The notes beneath the pieces were generated by a model. That model searched no databases, was not told where the DNA came from, and was given only the letters and a program-made list of their open reading frames with translations. A stretch of 61,985 nucleotides of DNA, the filler included, from Streblomastix strix (Eukaryota), in assembly GCA_008636045.1 (NCBI GenBank). It is 4 parts of 4 records of this genome, joined end to end, with 100 filler letters (N's around TTAATTAATTAA, not from the genome) between each part and the next. Parts side by side here need not be neighbours in the genome. Positions count along the whole stretch, not along the records: positions 15,534 to 30,958 come from SNRW01000986.1; positions 31,059 to 46,472 come from SNRW01000987.1; 2 more parts are not named here. One strand, written 5' to 3'. Both the position numbers and the translations under genes were made by a program. Position 1 is the first letter of the stretch; every line of letters begins with the position of its first letter. Shown one piece after another: positions 29,701 to 41,235 of the stretch.

Positions 29701-30958
29701 GTATATTTTAATAATTTGAATAAAGATAGAAGTCTTAATTGAATAAATAAATTAAAATTGGTTTATTTATTTAATATTTATTTTAAATTAATTAATATTA
29801 ATAATTTAGATTGAAACAAGCGTTTGGAGAAACTTACACATAGAAATTGGATAGAATACTTTAAGATCGTGATCTCCAAATTGAAATGCAAACATAGTTC
29901 AAAGAATTTTCATAGGATAAAGGCTTGATCCCTGAGATTGATTTGTAGGTATATATGTTCATATTATACATTATTTATGAAAATATTATTTATGATTATT
30001 TTATTTAAACAAAACATTCAATTATTATTTATTCAATAAACTATTTATTAATCTTTATTTCAGGCTTAAGTGCTATAAAAATACCGTTATTCTGGATTAA
30101 AGAGCAAAAGTTTGAATATACCAGAGAACATACAACAAGCTCTACAGTCTTTTGAACAATTCTACAAAGTATGCATAATAATATTATATAATGTTCATTA
30201 CTATAAAAATTCTAAAATGTTTTAAGTATTTTATTTAAAAAATCATATATTTTCTAATTTTATTTAAATGTAGGATTACCAGCCAGAAAGATAGATTAAA
30301 TGGTTGCCTTAACTTGGTTCAGTGGAAGTTCAAGTTCAATTCTCATCAAAATTATGCAACATTACAATGCAGCCAACTCAAGCTGTTGTTCTGCTTCAGT
30401 TTGCTGATGGAGCTCAGAAGTCAGTGAAAGATCTTGGATAGATTCTTAAGATGAAAAAGGAAGAAGTGCAGCTGAATGTTGAGTCATTGATGCAGAATAT
30501 ACCAATTCTGATTAGAGCAGCTGAAGGAATTGAATAAGAAGAATAATAATAAGATGATGATGAAGAATAAGAAGAGAATTCTGAACTGGGAGATGATGAA
30601 CAACTGAAGCTAAACAAAGAATTGAGATTCGGAGTAGCAAAATTCAGATTGCATAAACCCGGATAAATCTCTCATCCTTAATTTGCTATTCGTATATCTC
30701 GCGAAGAGTAAATGGATATGTGCATAGTTACAATTATGAAAAATCTAAAAAGAATGAACTATAAGGTATTTTATAAATATATAATGAAATAATTTTTTTA
30801 AATTAAATAATTAGAAAATAAAACAAAAATTCATAAATACTTACAAATTTAATTATATGTATATTAAATAAAAAAGGATCTTATAAACCTAGTAATAGAT
30901 AGAATAACTCTTTTCCGCCCATCATCATACGATGTGAAAGAGCGAGTTGAAGTATTGA
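26756..30958 (+). CDS. Cullin (about 17 GT-AG introns; truncated at contig end)
   Basis: Exons encode NWEKFKIFVKIVCSLFQYL|DDNY, ERSGETIN, DLGRMYRLI, FGAAFKNSFSGFLN, LAVYVDALMK, NKDIFLYE, EKAFIAK|LKQAFGETYTQKLDRILQD, SFEQFYK...RKIDWLPQLGSVEV-like segment, and the neddylation-domain motif QMDMCIVTIMKNLK...DVKERVEVL. Confidence 0.93.
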
Positions 30959-31058
30959 NNNNNNNNNNNNNNNNNNNNNNNNNNNNNNNNNNNNNNNNNN
31001 NNTTAATTAATTAANNNNNNNNNNNNNNNNNNNNNNNNNNNNNNNNNNNNNNNNNNNN

Positions 31059-31301
31059 GGAGTGATTTTGAATCAAAAACCATAGATTAATGAACAAACG
31101 TTTGTGAACTGTATTAATAAAGGAACTATCGCAACAGCTATTAATATAACATTACGTTAACGTAAAGGAACAATGTCACGTTTATAGATAGAACGTAACG
31201 CGATAACGGGATCTCATACTAAGATGATAGTATTATCGAATCAATCATGTCTTCCATTTATCAATAATATTAAAGCAGATAGATATTTTATTAAATAGTG
31301 A
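31059..31301 (+). CDS. C-terminal end of a Maverick-type protein-primed family B DNA polymerase (partial)
   Basis: GVILNQKPQINEQTFVNCINKGTIATAINITLRQRKGTMSRLQIERNAITGSHTKMIVLSNQSCLPF resembles, from memory, the KG...N..L....G.MS.....K..lT..HTK..V......C.P tail of metamonad Maverick pPolB. Catalytic motifs lie outside the contig. Confidence 0.6.
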
Positions 31302-31325
31302 TTATATTATTTTTACTTTATCTAA

Positions 31326-31718
31326 ATGAGGAACGAATAGAAACGAAACGAAGTAGTTAATACACTAAAATAATGTATATCATCAGTGCAACGAACAAAT
31401 GCATTATGTAAGCCATCGATGGATTTATAAAAAATATGTGATAGTATGGACAAATGTGAATAAAAATTAGATGCAAGAATTGCAGGTGAATTACCGAAAA
31501 TAAATAATAAAAAGGATATAGTTTGTTTCGATGAGACATATAGCCATACAGCGTGTGAAATGCGAATGTCACTTAAGGAAAGAATATAAGATGAGATTCA
31601 TTGGATGAACTCTGAGTGTAGTGTCGAAAATAAGCTTCATAATACTTGTGAAGAATATAGAGAAATACAAGATAATTATATAAATTAATTAGAAAAATTA
31701 GTTAAAACATTAGAGTGA
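31326..31718 (+). CDS. Hypothetical helical protein (130 aa) of the element
   Basis: Complete ATG-to-TGA ORF in code 6 (MRNEQKRNEVVNTLKQC...LEKLVKTLE*), tightly packed between neighbours. Confidence 0.6.
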
Positions 31719-31892
31719 ATGATTTATTTTTACACTAATGAAAATGCCAATCTTTGAACAATTATCCGCAAATATAACTATAGCCATTGATGCACTTGAA
31801 TAGCTCCATATTGATTGGAAAGGTATCTGGAAAATTAACTATGATGCAGGTATCGAATATGCTTGCGAATCGAAACTTTGCAGGAGCAGTCT

Positions 31893-33245
31893 ATGATTAT
31901 TTTTGAACTTAAAATGAATAGAGACTCATAAGCTAATTAAGATTAAGTTTATAAGTTATTATTAGCAAGATTTTCATAAACTGATGAATAAATAGAATAT
32001 GAATCACATAATATGGAACAGTAACTCACACGATTAGCGAATACAAATAATAGAATAATGAAATTTGCACAGTTTATATCTAATATGAGAATAACTCCTA
32101 GTAAGGAAAAACAAACTGATTTAATTAATCATGCAGATGTAATATAGATTGGTGGAAAGACACTACTTTAATGGTTCGAAATATATTAAACAGAAGCAGA
32201 AAAGTATAATGCTCCATTAAGACGAGCTAGATCTATCAGAAGCCAAGACTCTAACAGGTCATAATTTACTGAATAAATCTAGAGAATCAATTAGCCTCAA
32301 AAACCTCTTTCATCATTCCCATTCAAATCAAAGATCAAATAATATGAAAAAATTAATAAAGTGAAGATAACACAATAAATATAAATAAAAGACATTAAAG
32401 CAAAGCCATTAAACAAACTCTAACGCCCATATTTTTCTCCAAAACTAGGATCTTGGGAGATTGATCTTGTATTTGGTGTCAATCCAGTTACTCGAAGGAG
32501 ATAACATTACATATTTGCGATCAATATTAAATCAAAATATCTAGTTGTGATTCCATTAATTGTAGATGAGAAGAACGCTACATATATATCAGCTGCACTA
32601 AAAAAGCTCATAAATTAGGTATATGTTAACAATATTAGAGGTGAAGGTGAAATTGGATTTAAAGCTAATATTATTAGATAATTTTGTGAAGATAATAAGA
32701 TTTCATTGTATTTTACAGGATCACCATTTACACAATATAACAGAGTAGTTGAAAGCGTCATTCATACGATCAGAAATGGGTTTCGATAAGATTTATTATG
32801 TTTTGCAACGCCTAACTAAATGTAATAAATGGTAGAGATTTACAATAAAACTCCACACCTTGCATTTTTTAACAGATTTACTCCAAAATAGGTGTCGTAT
32901 AATAGAGAAATAGAAGGTAAGTTCATACGATAAAAATTAGCATAATTGGAATAGGTGATGCAAAGGCAATAGCAAGGGAAATTATTGAATTTTAAGAGCG
33001 GAAATATATTAATGATTCACGCTGATTTCTCTAGATTACATATAAGATTTTAGAAATAAAAACGTTAATTCAATGAGTTAGCAACAATTATTATTTATAA
33101 GAACGGTAATTTTGTGTGTAAACTATTGAATTCATATGATAAAATTAATGTTATTGAGTTTCCTATATATTACTGTAAATTTATTAGTGATGATATCAAT
33201 TCGTTAACAGTTAATTATAAAAGTTAATTTAATATAAGTGATTGA
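31893..33245 (+). CDS. rve-like (Polinton-type) integrase, copy 1 (450 aa)
   Basis: Open frame: RPYFSPKLGSWEIDLVF...YIFAINIKSKYLVVIPL...NNIRGEGEIGF...NRVVESVIHTIRNGF...VEIYNKTPH...RFTPKQV. The true start may be 31738 with a frameshift near 31860-31890. Confidence 0.85.
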
Positions 33246-33264
33246 GAATTTTTCTTAAAAAGAA

Positions 33265-33664
33265 ATGCAAACAAATGAAACAAAACAAGTCCGTAAAAGA
33301 TAATCGAAGAAACCAGTTCCATAATTAGTTGAAACATAATCCAGTCCATTTGATGAAGTTCTTCGTGCTCCGTTAATTGATCAATCACTTAATCCCATTC
33401 AATAGACATAACAAAATGAGGAGAAAATAGAATCAAGAGGTAGACCTAAAAATTATAGCTCACAAGAAGAAGCCGAACGCATTGCCGCAGAGTAATGATC
33501 CTGTGCATAATAAAAATATAAAATACAGCGATAGGAATTCCGGAGCATCTGCCAACGATTTGTAACTACTTTTGATTCGACGTCTTTAGAAAACTATCAT
33601 AACTAATGTTCAGGATTTACTTTAAATTAGTGATATAATTGATCGATATAGTCAAAGCGTTTGA
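33265..33664 (+). pseudogene. Small AT-hook protein, disrupted
   Basis: MQTNETKQ...SRGRPKNYSSQEEAERIAAEQ* with TGA at 33496, then a frameshift, then ANDLQLLLIRRLQK...DRYSQSV*. Confidence 0.7.
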
Positions 33665-33737
33665 TTTATTTTTACGTTAATATATGCGTTAATGGTGTGA
33701 TTAATGAGATGATATGTGCAAATGTGGTTATTTATCA

Positions 33738-33849
33738 GAGTGTCCTGAGTGTCCTAAGTCAAATTATGTCAGATAAAAATGTGTTCTAGAATAATGGAGA
33801 ATTGATTCAAAATAGACTAGTGTCCTGAGTGTCCTTGGTGTCCTGAGTC
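33738..33849 (-). repeat. Iteron-like 10-bp repeat array (GTGTCCTGA) forming the left arm of a ~69-bp inverted repeat
   Basis: GTGTCCTGAGTGTCCT at ~33740-33755 and three units at 33820-33849. 33781-33849 is the imperfect reverse complement of 34531-34599. Confidence 0.88.
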
Positions 33850-34087
33850 ACAAGGTTCGAGCTCGGATTCCTGCCATATCATCCATTCTGCCATTAGACT
33901 TCTGAATTGGACATTTCATATTAATATTCCACAGCTCTAGCTCAATAGAATTACAATATATTATTATGGCGCCATATCCAATTTCAAAAGTCTCGACTCG
34001 ATGCACTAGTTTATTTCAATCAATTTGTCCAGAACTTTCATATAACTCATTTTAATTCATCATATTATATTTTTTATTCCAAAACAA

Positions 34088-34384
34088 ATGGCAAAGACTA
34101 ATGATCCACATAAATTCAAAATTACATCTAGATACAATAACCCATTCGATTACGATGATAAAAATAATTACAATGAATATGCTAGATAATTTTTAGATAA
34201 ATTCATTGAGAGGAATGAGAGGAAGCTTCGAGATGGATTAACAGATAAATAAATTACTAACATTAGACCTAAATGGATACCTCCTAATACATATGATGAA
34301 CACATATTCGAAAGACTAACTAAGATATAGAATACTGAAACAAGACTTAATAAATTCAATCATTAAAAGTTTTATCTGAAATGA
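34088..34384 (+). CDS. 98-aa intact ORF; putative stand-alone helicase C-terminal (winged-helix-like) DNA-binding domain
   Basis: MAKTNDPHKF...ARQFLDKFIERNERKLRDGLTDKQITNIRPKWIPPNTYDEHIFERLTKIQ...KFYLK*. Pattern aligns by eye with the helicase tail SPVDDQIISHFQSFRDEVISNIVEGWKLQEMKLKNYQLTIKNICERVRK...WMYQL. Confidence 0.65.
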
Positions 34385-34483
34385 CTATTAATTATTTTTT
34401 GAGCAATCTGAGAAAATGCCATTACGGCAGCACCCTATTTATTTACGTTCACTAGCCCTTCAAATTATGATTCAAAATGAACA

Positions 34484-34670
34484 GTATGGCATTATGTCTG
34501 ATATGGAAGGAAAAAATGATGGCGAGTTCGGACTCAGAGCACTCAGGACACTCAGGACACTAGTTCATTTCAATTAATTTCTCCATGATTCTAGAACACA
34601 GTAATCATAGTAATTCTTCGACTCAGGACACTAGTTCATTTCACATTAATTCTCCACGATTCTTGAACAA
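34484..34670 (+). repeat. Iteron-like array (ACTCAGGAC) and associated conserved blocks; right arm of the inverted repeat
   Basis: GACTCAGAGCACTCAGGACACTCAGGACACTAGTTCATTTC at 34531, partly repeated at 34620. TATGGCATTATGTCTGATATGG at 34485-34506 recurs exactly at 37583-37604. Confidence 0.88.
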
Positions 34671-34688
34671 AAATAAATTTCATTAATT

Positions 34689-37415
34689 TCATATATATTC
34701 ATTACAATCATTCTATATCTCTTATTCTTTCTCTTGTATAATCTCATCGACTTCTTCATCTAGCATATTCTCATAGATTGATATCAATTCTTCATTCAAT
34801 TAATACATCCATTTACGTTCTCAACCACTTGTTTTTCTAACTCTTTCACATATATTTTTGATCGTTAATTAATAATTCTTTAATTTCATTTCTTATAGTT
34901 TCCATCCTTCAACAATATTGCTTATAACTTCATCTCTAAATGATTAGAAATGACTAATAATTTAATCATCTACTGGTGAGATTGATGCTTTTATTATATC
35001 TTTCTTAGCTTACGTCATTGGAATGTTTTTTGGATTAAATTATGAAATATCTCTAGTCATTAAGAATGTAAATAAGTTATTATAAAAATCTTCATCAAAA
35101 CTATTGCAAAGAGTAGTGAAGTAAGCTAGATCCCCTCGATGAACTGGACTACATTCACATACAACACAACTCCTATCACTAGTCTCAATCTTCACAGGAT
35201 AGATATTATTTGTAACAATCTTTATATTCACTACATTGTCAACTTCATGCTTAGGAACATACTTCTCATTAATTTGAAAGGAACTTTCAGTAATTATTGA
35301 TTTCAACGCATCCATGTTAAACATTCTCGATTCGCCAAAATTCTTCATTTCATTCGCAATTGCAAGCATCTTATTCTCGATAGCAGTATTGAACTTACCT
35401 ACAATATCATCGATATCAGTGATATTCTTTGAAGAATAACCTGCAAGTAATTCGCATAAGACATTAGTGAATACATTCTTACCTATTCCTTATAATCCTT
35501 TAAATATAATAGCTGTTTCAGTTTTCTTTCCAACATTCTTTACAATGAATGCAAACCAATTTAATATATATTCATAAACTCGTTCATCAATTGCTGAGAT
35601 TGTATCTTTCATTAATCCTAGGAATTGATGTATTTTTATCTAATACATTTCATCTAATTGCATACATTTGAATCCTTAGAATACACTGAATATACCTTAA
35701 TTGTTACTAATGAATTTCATACCAATCTTCTCAAATAATGAATGATATTATTCTAGAGCATCGATTGCAGTGATAGACTTCTTTCCATCTTACCAAAGTC
35801 TGATTGAACGTAACTAATCATATAATGCTGTCCTAGATTTATATTTTATAGTATTTTTTCCAGTGATACAATCATATTCTTTAATGTTGAAGCACCATCC
35901 GTTTTAGCAAGGTATAACTTTAATTACTTTTAATAAATCTTATGCAACTAGCTCTAATTTATTTTCATATTTTCCATTTAATGCTTTGCTAGATACATCT
36001 ATTAATGTGAACTGATCCTTCAAATCAATTTCATGCTTCTCAATTTATTGCACTATATCAAATATTTTCTATTATTTTTTCACTTCATAATTCCATTTCA
36101 ATAATGGCTTAATTGTTTATTCATAGTAATCTTTTTTATGGTATCTTAAGATTTTTGTAAGGATGCATGGATTTGGCTTATGTTCTCCATTAAACGATGC
36201 TTATCCATAGTTCTTTTCAGCATTTGGAGTTAGCTTATTGAATTATCGTATATTTTTCATTCCTTCAGCTCTAATCTATTCATTAATGATTCCATATAAT
36301 CCTGAGAATACACTTAGAAGTGATACTTCCATATTGATTGGTTAAGGATAGTTATGTATTTCAACATTCTTCAGTTCGTTAACACATGCTTATGCAATTT
36401 AATCATTCATCTTATCAATAGTTCCTTCTTCTGTGATTTGTTAACCAAATTCTCTCATATTTACCTTGTCTACAAATTCTTTGAACGGTATTTCAATATC
36501 GACATTCCGGCTATCTTAAATCTCTCTCAGACTCGCTAAATGTGTCATATTTGCCCAATCATTAATGGTTTCATATTTAAGTGTTTCTCTTTTATTATTT
36601 TTTGTTTCTCGGAATGATGAGTTTGGACCATCTACTCGATTCTATACAAGTTCCTTTTATTTCATTCCTCCATGATCCTTATACTTAAACATCTATCCAA
36701 ATATATCAATCTCAATATTATCTAATACGATACATCTCACTCATCCATTCGAAGGTAATGTATATCCATCTCTATTACAATAAGCATGCAATACTCCATG
36801 CGCAGTCTTAGCTAAGCCTACATTAGCAGGGAGCATATTACCTATTATGTTTTATCTTATTTTATCAGTCCCTTCAATTGATAGTTTCTTATTAATATCG
36901 AAATCAATCATGCATAAATCACCGTTTTCAAATAGAGTTAAATCAATCAATTTACTTGTAACTTATTTTTTCTCACCTTCTTTTTAACCTATTTTAGTAA
37001 AATTTACTGTGTTAGTCATAGCATTCTTAACTCGTTCCATGATAGTTTTACTAACTGCTTCTTCTTTCATTTATACGGCAATTGGTATAAGTTTTTCTAA
37101 AAATTAATCCATTTCTATCTATTATTCTTATTTTTACTATTCCTTTAATTATTCTTGAGCCATGCCTTCCATTATATGTCTTATAAATTCTTAATCTTCA
37201 GCTTCTTTCTTTTACGCATCAAATTCATCTTATTCACGTTTGATTCTCGTTAATTCTTATTCCTCTAGTAATTTATCCATAAATTCTTTAGCTTTATCTT
37301 CGGATTTTGTCTTACGATTGTATTATCTTTTTGAACCTTTCTCTAATGTAATATGTTTAACGTATATGGATTGATTTGAGATTATTTCAACGCTTGTGGA
37401 TTCTTCTGATGTCAT
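34689..37415 (-). pseudogene. Primase-polymerase fused to D5/SF3 helicase (908 codons, two in-frame TGA)
   Basis: Prim-pol motifs LCMIDFD and KTAHGVLHAY. Helicase Walker A GLQGIGKN, Walker B LAIANEM, ALKSIIT...INEKY and motif C VTNN...SDR. In-frame TGA at 36741-36743 and 34821-34823; final stop at 34689. Confidence 0.9.
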
Positions 37416-37488
37416 TTTGCTTATGGATAAAAAGTTCAAATAGTTTGAGAAAAATAATTTTTATTTAATTAATCGCATTATGGTTAAT

Positions 37489-37683
37489 GGCCGGAATCCG
37501 TGGAGTTCAGCTTGTGACTCAGGACACTCAGGACACTCAGGACACACGGACAATTCACATCATTTCTCCATTTCGCTAATTTTATGGCATTATGTCTGAT
37601 ATGGCGGGAATCCAACCTGTCAACTTATGACTCGGTGCACTCGGTTGACTCGGTGCACATGGACAATTCATATCATTTATCCA
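37489..37683 (+). repeat. Iteron-like arrays upstream of the helicase gene
   Basis: GACTCAGGACACTCAGGACACTCAGGACAC at ~37516-37545, and a variant array GACTCGGTGCACTCGGTTGACTCGGTGCAC at ~37629-37658. Each is followed by GGACAATTCA(C/T)ATCATTT(C/A)TCCA. Confidence 0.88.
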
Positions 37684-38141
37684 CTTCAATAATCTTTTTC
37701 ATTATTCCGCTTAATTGGACCGAATCAATAGCCCATACACTCACTTTAAACATTATATTTGTAATCAGCATATGAACATTGACTAGTACATTGATTCTCA
37801 GGTCATTCAAAAAACTTCAATTTTTCTATGATTTTTTAGTCTATATAATAAAAATAAAATAAATTTATGATATGTCAAAAATTCTGATTAAAAACTTAAT
37901 TTGCCATATTACTTTGATACGCTATCCCAAGGTCATATCTTACTCGTACAATCCAAAAACAATCATTATAATCAATTCTGAAACTGCTCATCACCGTAAT
38001 TTTCATCAAATAATGTATTTCACTCATCGACTAACTGGTCGATACCATTATCTCAATTTCATCAATGAAAACTTAATCGGACAGATTCTATTAATCAATA
38101 TAAGTTAGTACGCATCGGTCAAATCATTGATTAGGGCTATA

Positions 38142-38534
38142 AGTAGTTAATGAAAAAGGATGGTGCCCGAAACATTGCTTAAATCTTATTCGTTTGTGAG
38201 GTTCGGAAATCAAATCAATTATTTTTTATCATTAATGTTTATCGTAAATCATGAAAATTATTTTTCACTAATAATGGCATTCATAAATATTATAATTAAT
38301 TTATATCGTAAATCATACAATTATTTTTCATTACTAATGATATTCATAAATGTTATAATTTATTATTTTATACATATTTCTTTATTAACATCAAATTTAC
38401 TCTTTGATTTTCGATCCTGGATAATTCATTCGTTTTTCATATGTCAGCAATTCGTAATATCACTTGGTATTTCTGCTGTGGACAAATCACTGCGTTTATC
38501 AATGTGAAGGCAGCATCCTTTTTCATTAACTACT
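38142..38534. repeat. 26-bp inverted repeat pair (1 mismatch) enclosing a 341-bp AT-rich spacer
   Basis: AGTAGTTAATGAAAAAGGATGGTGCC (38142-38167) versus GGCAGCATCCTTTTTCATTAACTACT (38509-38534). Confidence 0.9.
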
Positions 38535-39655
38535 ACGAGTGGTGAAAGATAAGCTCGAAAGTTATATAGTGTATATATAAGAAACTAATCTTAAATTAAT
38601 CCACTTGAAAGATTTAATATTGATAATAAGATGGAAGTATTAAGGAACGAATTTATAGCAATAGATCCTAAATTAAAAAGAAAAATAAATTATGAAGGGC
38701 TTCAAAATTTCTAAATTGTCTGTCGAGGTTAGTATGGAACTTAGCCTGAAGTTAATAGAGCAATTTTGGTCCTAATTGGAAAATTATGTAATAAGATCTT
38801 CATTTATTAAAAAGAATTGTATGGAATGATGATGTATAATAACTATAGGATGACCAATAAGAATTTAATTTATTAATGATTATTGAAATATAGAATTAAA
38901 TGAATAATTTAATAGACTTGATTGATAGGGTGAAAGATCCCCGATTTAGTGATATTAGGTAAATATTAACTCCAACAATAATACCAAATAGAATAGCGAC
39001 AGATTAAGATTTCAATTTTTTTGCTCGATTAGCCGAACATAATGCTTGAAAGTGTAGTGCAGCAATGCCTCTTAATTCTGATATTTTATAAAAAGAAATA
39101 AGTAAAGACACACCTAAAGAATATGTATAAATACTTTAATAAGATGATGGAGAATGAAATCCTTCATAAACAATTCCGAATGATGATGCAACATAATAAC
39201 GTGTGGATGAATAACAGCAAAATTAATAAGTTAGCGAAACAATTAATGAAATGTTTAATAAAGCAATTGGCATACCACAAAATAAATACGAATTATTACC
39301 AGATTCAGCGAACTAATTTTTGGAATAGCAAATATAGTAATGTTAAGCAAACGATTAAATTGGCAGAGAAATATAGGAAGGTAACGATGAAATAATATAG
39401 GGATTAAAATATGATGTTTGTGCTAAATGTTGGGGGAAATAACCTATTAATTAATTTTTCAACTAATAACATTTTCCAGATCGGAAATATTAATGGTACA
39501 CTAATGAAGTACAAACCGTTCTCAGAAAAACTCAGGTTAAATTAGATAAATAATCATTGTTAAAAAATGCCCCGTAAAAAGAAGAACTATATTTCAAAAG
39601 TTGAATTAAGCAAAACGTTATTTGGTTAAAAATAAATAAGAAAAAAGAAAAGAAT

Positions 39656-39946
39656 TCAATTTTATGTATTTTTTGTATATTTTTCAAGTATAGTTATAAT
39701 ATTATTAATGTTCTCTTATTCAAGTATATACTTATTAAGTATCTTAGGGATATCTAATTATTTTGCCGTTACTTCTTTTCTAAATTATTTAACATTCTCA
39801 CTCTATCGCTATATGAATTAAATTCGTAGTTCTTTAGCTCTCAATTTAGCTTCCTCGGAAGTAAAAAACTTTTTAAGTCTTCATTTAATTTTAGTCGGAA
39901 CATTATCTTAAATTGTTTCATTAATTACTTCGTTAATTTATTCCAT
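39656..39946 (-). pseudogene. Paralogue of the small AT-hook protein, disrupted
   Basis: MEQINEV...TKIK*RLKKFFTSEEAKLRAKELR...ILEKYTKNTQN*. K*RLKK corresponds to RGRPKN and EEA is conserved; position immediately downstream of the integrase is the same as in copy 1. Confidence 0.6.
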
Positions 39947-39969
39947 GGTTTGGTTTATAAATAAAAAGT

Positions 39970-41038
39970 TCATAAAAATTATTTTTTATATTTATATTCT
40001 AATTAATCAAGTTCACTAGATATAAATTTAGTATAATAACTAAGTACTTCAACTTCAGTTATATATATCCTTATAGGGTCTCAATAATTTACAGACTACA
40101 TTACCATGATTGTATTTAATAAAAGCATCTACCTCATTAAAGTTCCTACACAACTTATCGAACAAGTGCATAGTTTTAATTAAGTCAAGGTGGATCATAA
40201 TTATATTATCTACTTTTAAATTTAGTAATCTATTATATCTTTATAAATTAATTTTACCTTCTAATTCTTATTACTTTTGACGAATGTAGCTACATTCTAA
40301 ATCTCCCGATCCAACAACTTATGTCGGAGTATATTTATTGTTGAAAGCACAATGTTTTGAATTATTATATTCATCAGCTGCATACTATAGTACATGATTA
40401 TATACTTATAAATTTAATAATTTATTTCTCATATTTCTTATCACGCTATCTACCATTCTATTTTTATTCGTGAATAGGGATTTGATATAAAAAATGTTAT
40501 ATATTTTGTTTCGTTAATAAAGCCCTTATTTATTTACTTTCAAATGCCGCTTCACGATTTGATCTAATATTTGTAACATACTAAGATTATATTAGTTACT
40601 TTAGAGCTGGGATTAGTTAATGTTTCTCTTTTGATCGGATTGGATAAATAATAAGATACTTAATGTTAACGCTGATAATAAATAAGAAAAATAATTATTT
40701 GAAGAACGCTATATCTATTTCCCATGATTCTAATTTAGGAGAAAATAAGAACATTTATATTTCGCAAGTGGTTTCAATTTATAATCTTTAATTTTTTCAC
40801 GAGATTAATATTGGTATTACTCCTATAATTAGTTGTTACGCTAATGTTTCTATTTTTATATATTTTTGGTAATAATTTCTTCTACATATAATTTATACCA
40901 CTATTCTATATTTTTACCTTGAAATTGGTCTTTTTAATTAGTGTATTTGCCAATCCAGTAATTAATGTTATTAATAATTTACTTTATAGTAAATTTATTA
41001 ATTAACCGATTTATCTTGTCAATGCCAAATTATTCCAT
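39970..41038 (-). pseudogene. rve-like integrase, copy 2 (frameshifted)
   Basis: Fragments SPKLESWEIDI, FTNKNRMVDSVIRNMRNK and HGNVVCKLLRPY...YYTKFIS match copy 1 (SPKLGSWEIDL, FTQYNRVVESVIHTIRNG, NGNFVCKLLNSY...YYCKFIS). Confidence 0.82.
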
Positions 41039-41235
41039 TTATTAAAAATAAAAAGCGTTAGCCGAATTTCGGCCAACGAACTAATTTTAATATCAGATCA
41101 GAGAAGGCAGATTGCAGCGCTGTTTATTTTTTCAAAAAATTAAGTATCTAATTTTAACCCACATATATTTCTCTTTATATATGAAAACATATATTTCTTA
41201 AATAAGATGATCATTTGTTAAAAATAATAATTTCA

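Noticed and set aside
34821..36743. In-frame TGAs in the helicase as programmed readthrough or recoding
   Set aside because: Neighbouring element genes also carry TGAs and frameshifts, and conserved residues are degraded (SDRS for SDRR). Decay is the simpler explanation.
38540..39600. Coding-like + strand region inside the element
   Set aside because: Too many stops and frameshifts to assign a product or boundaries.
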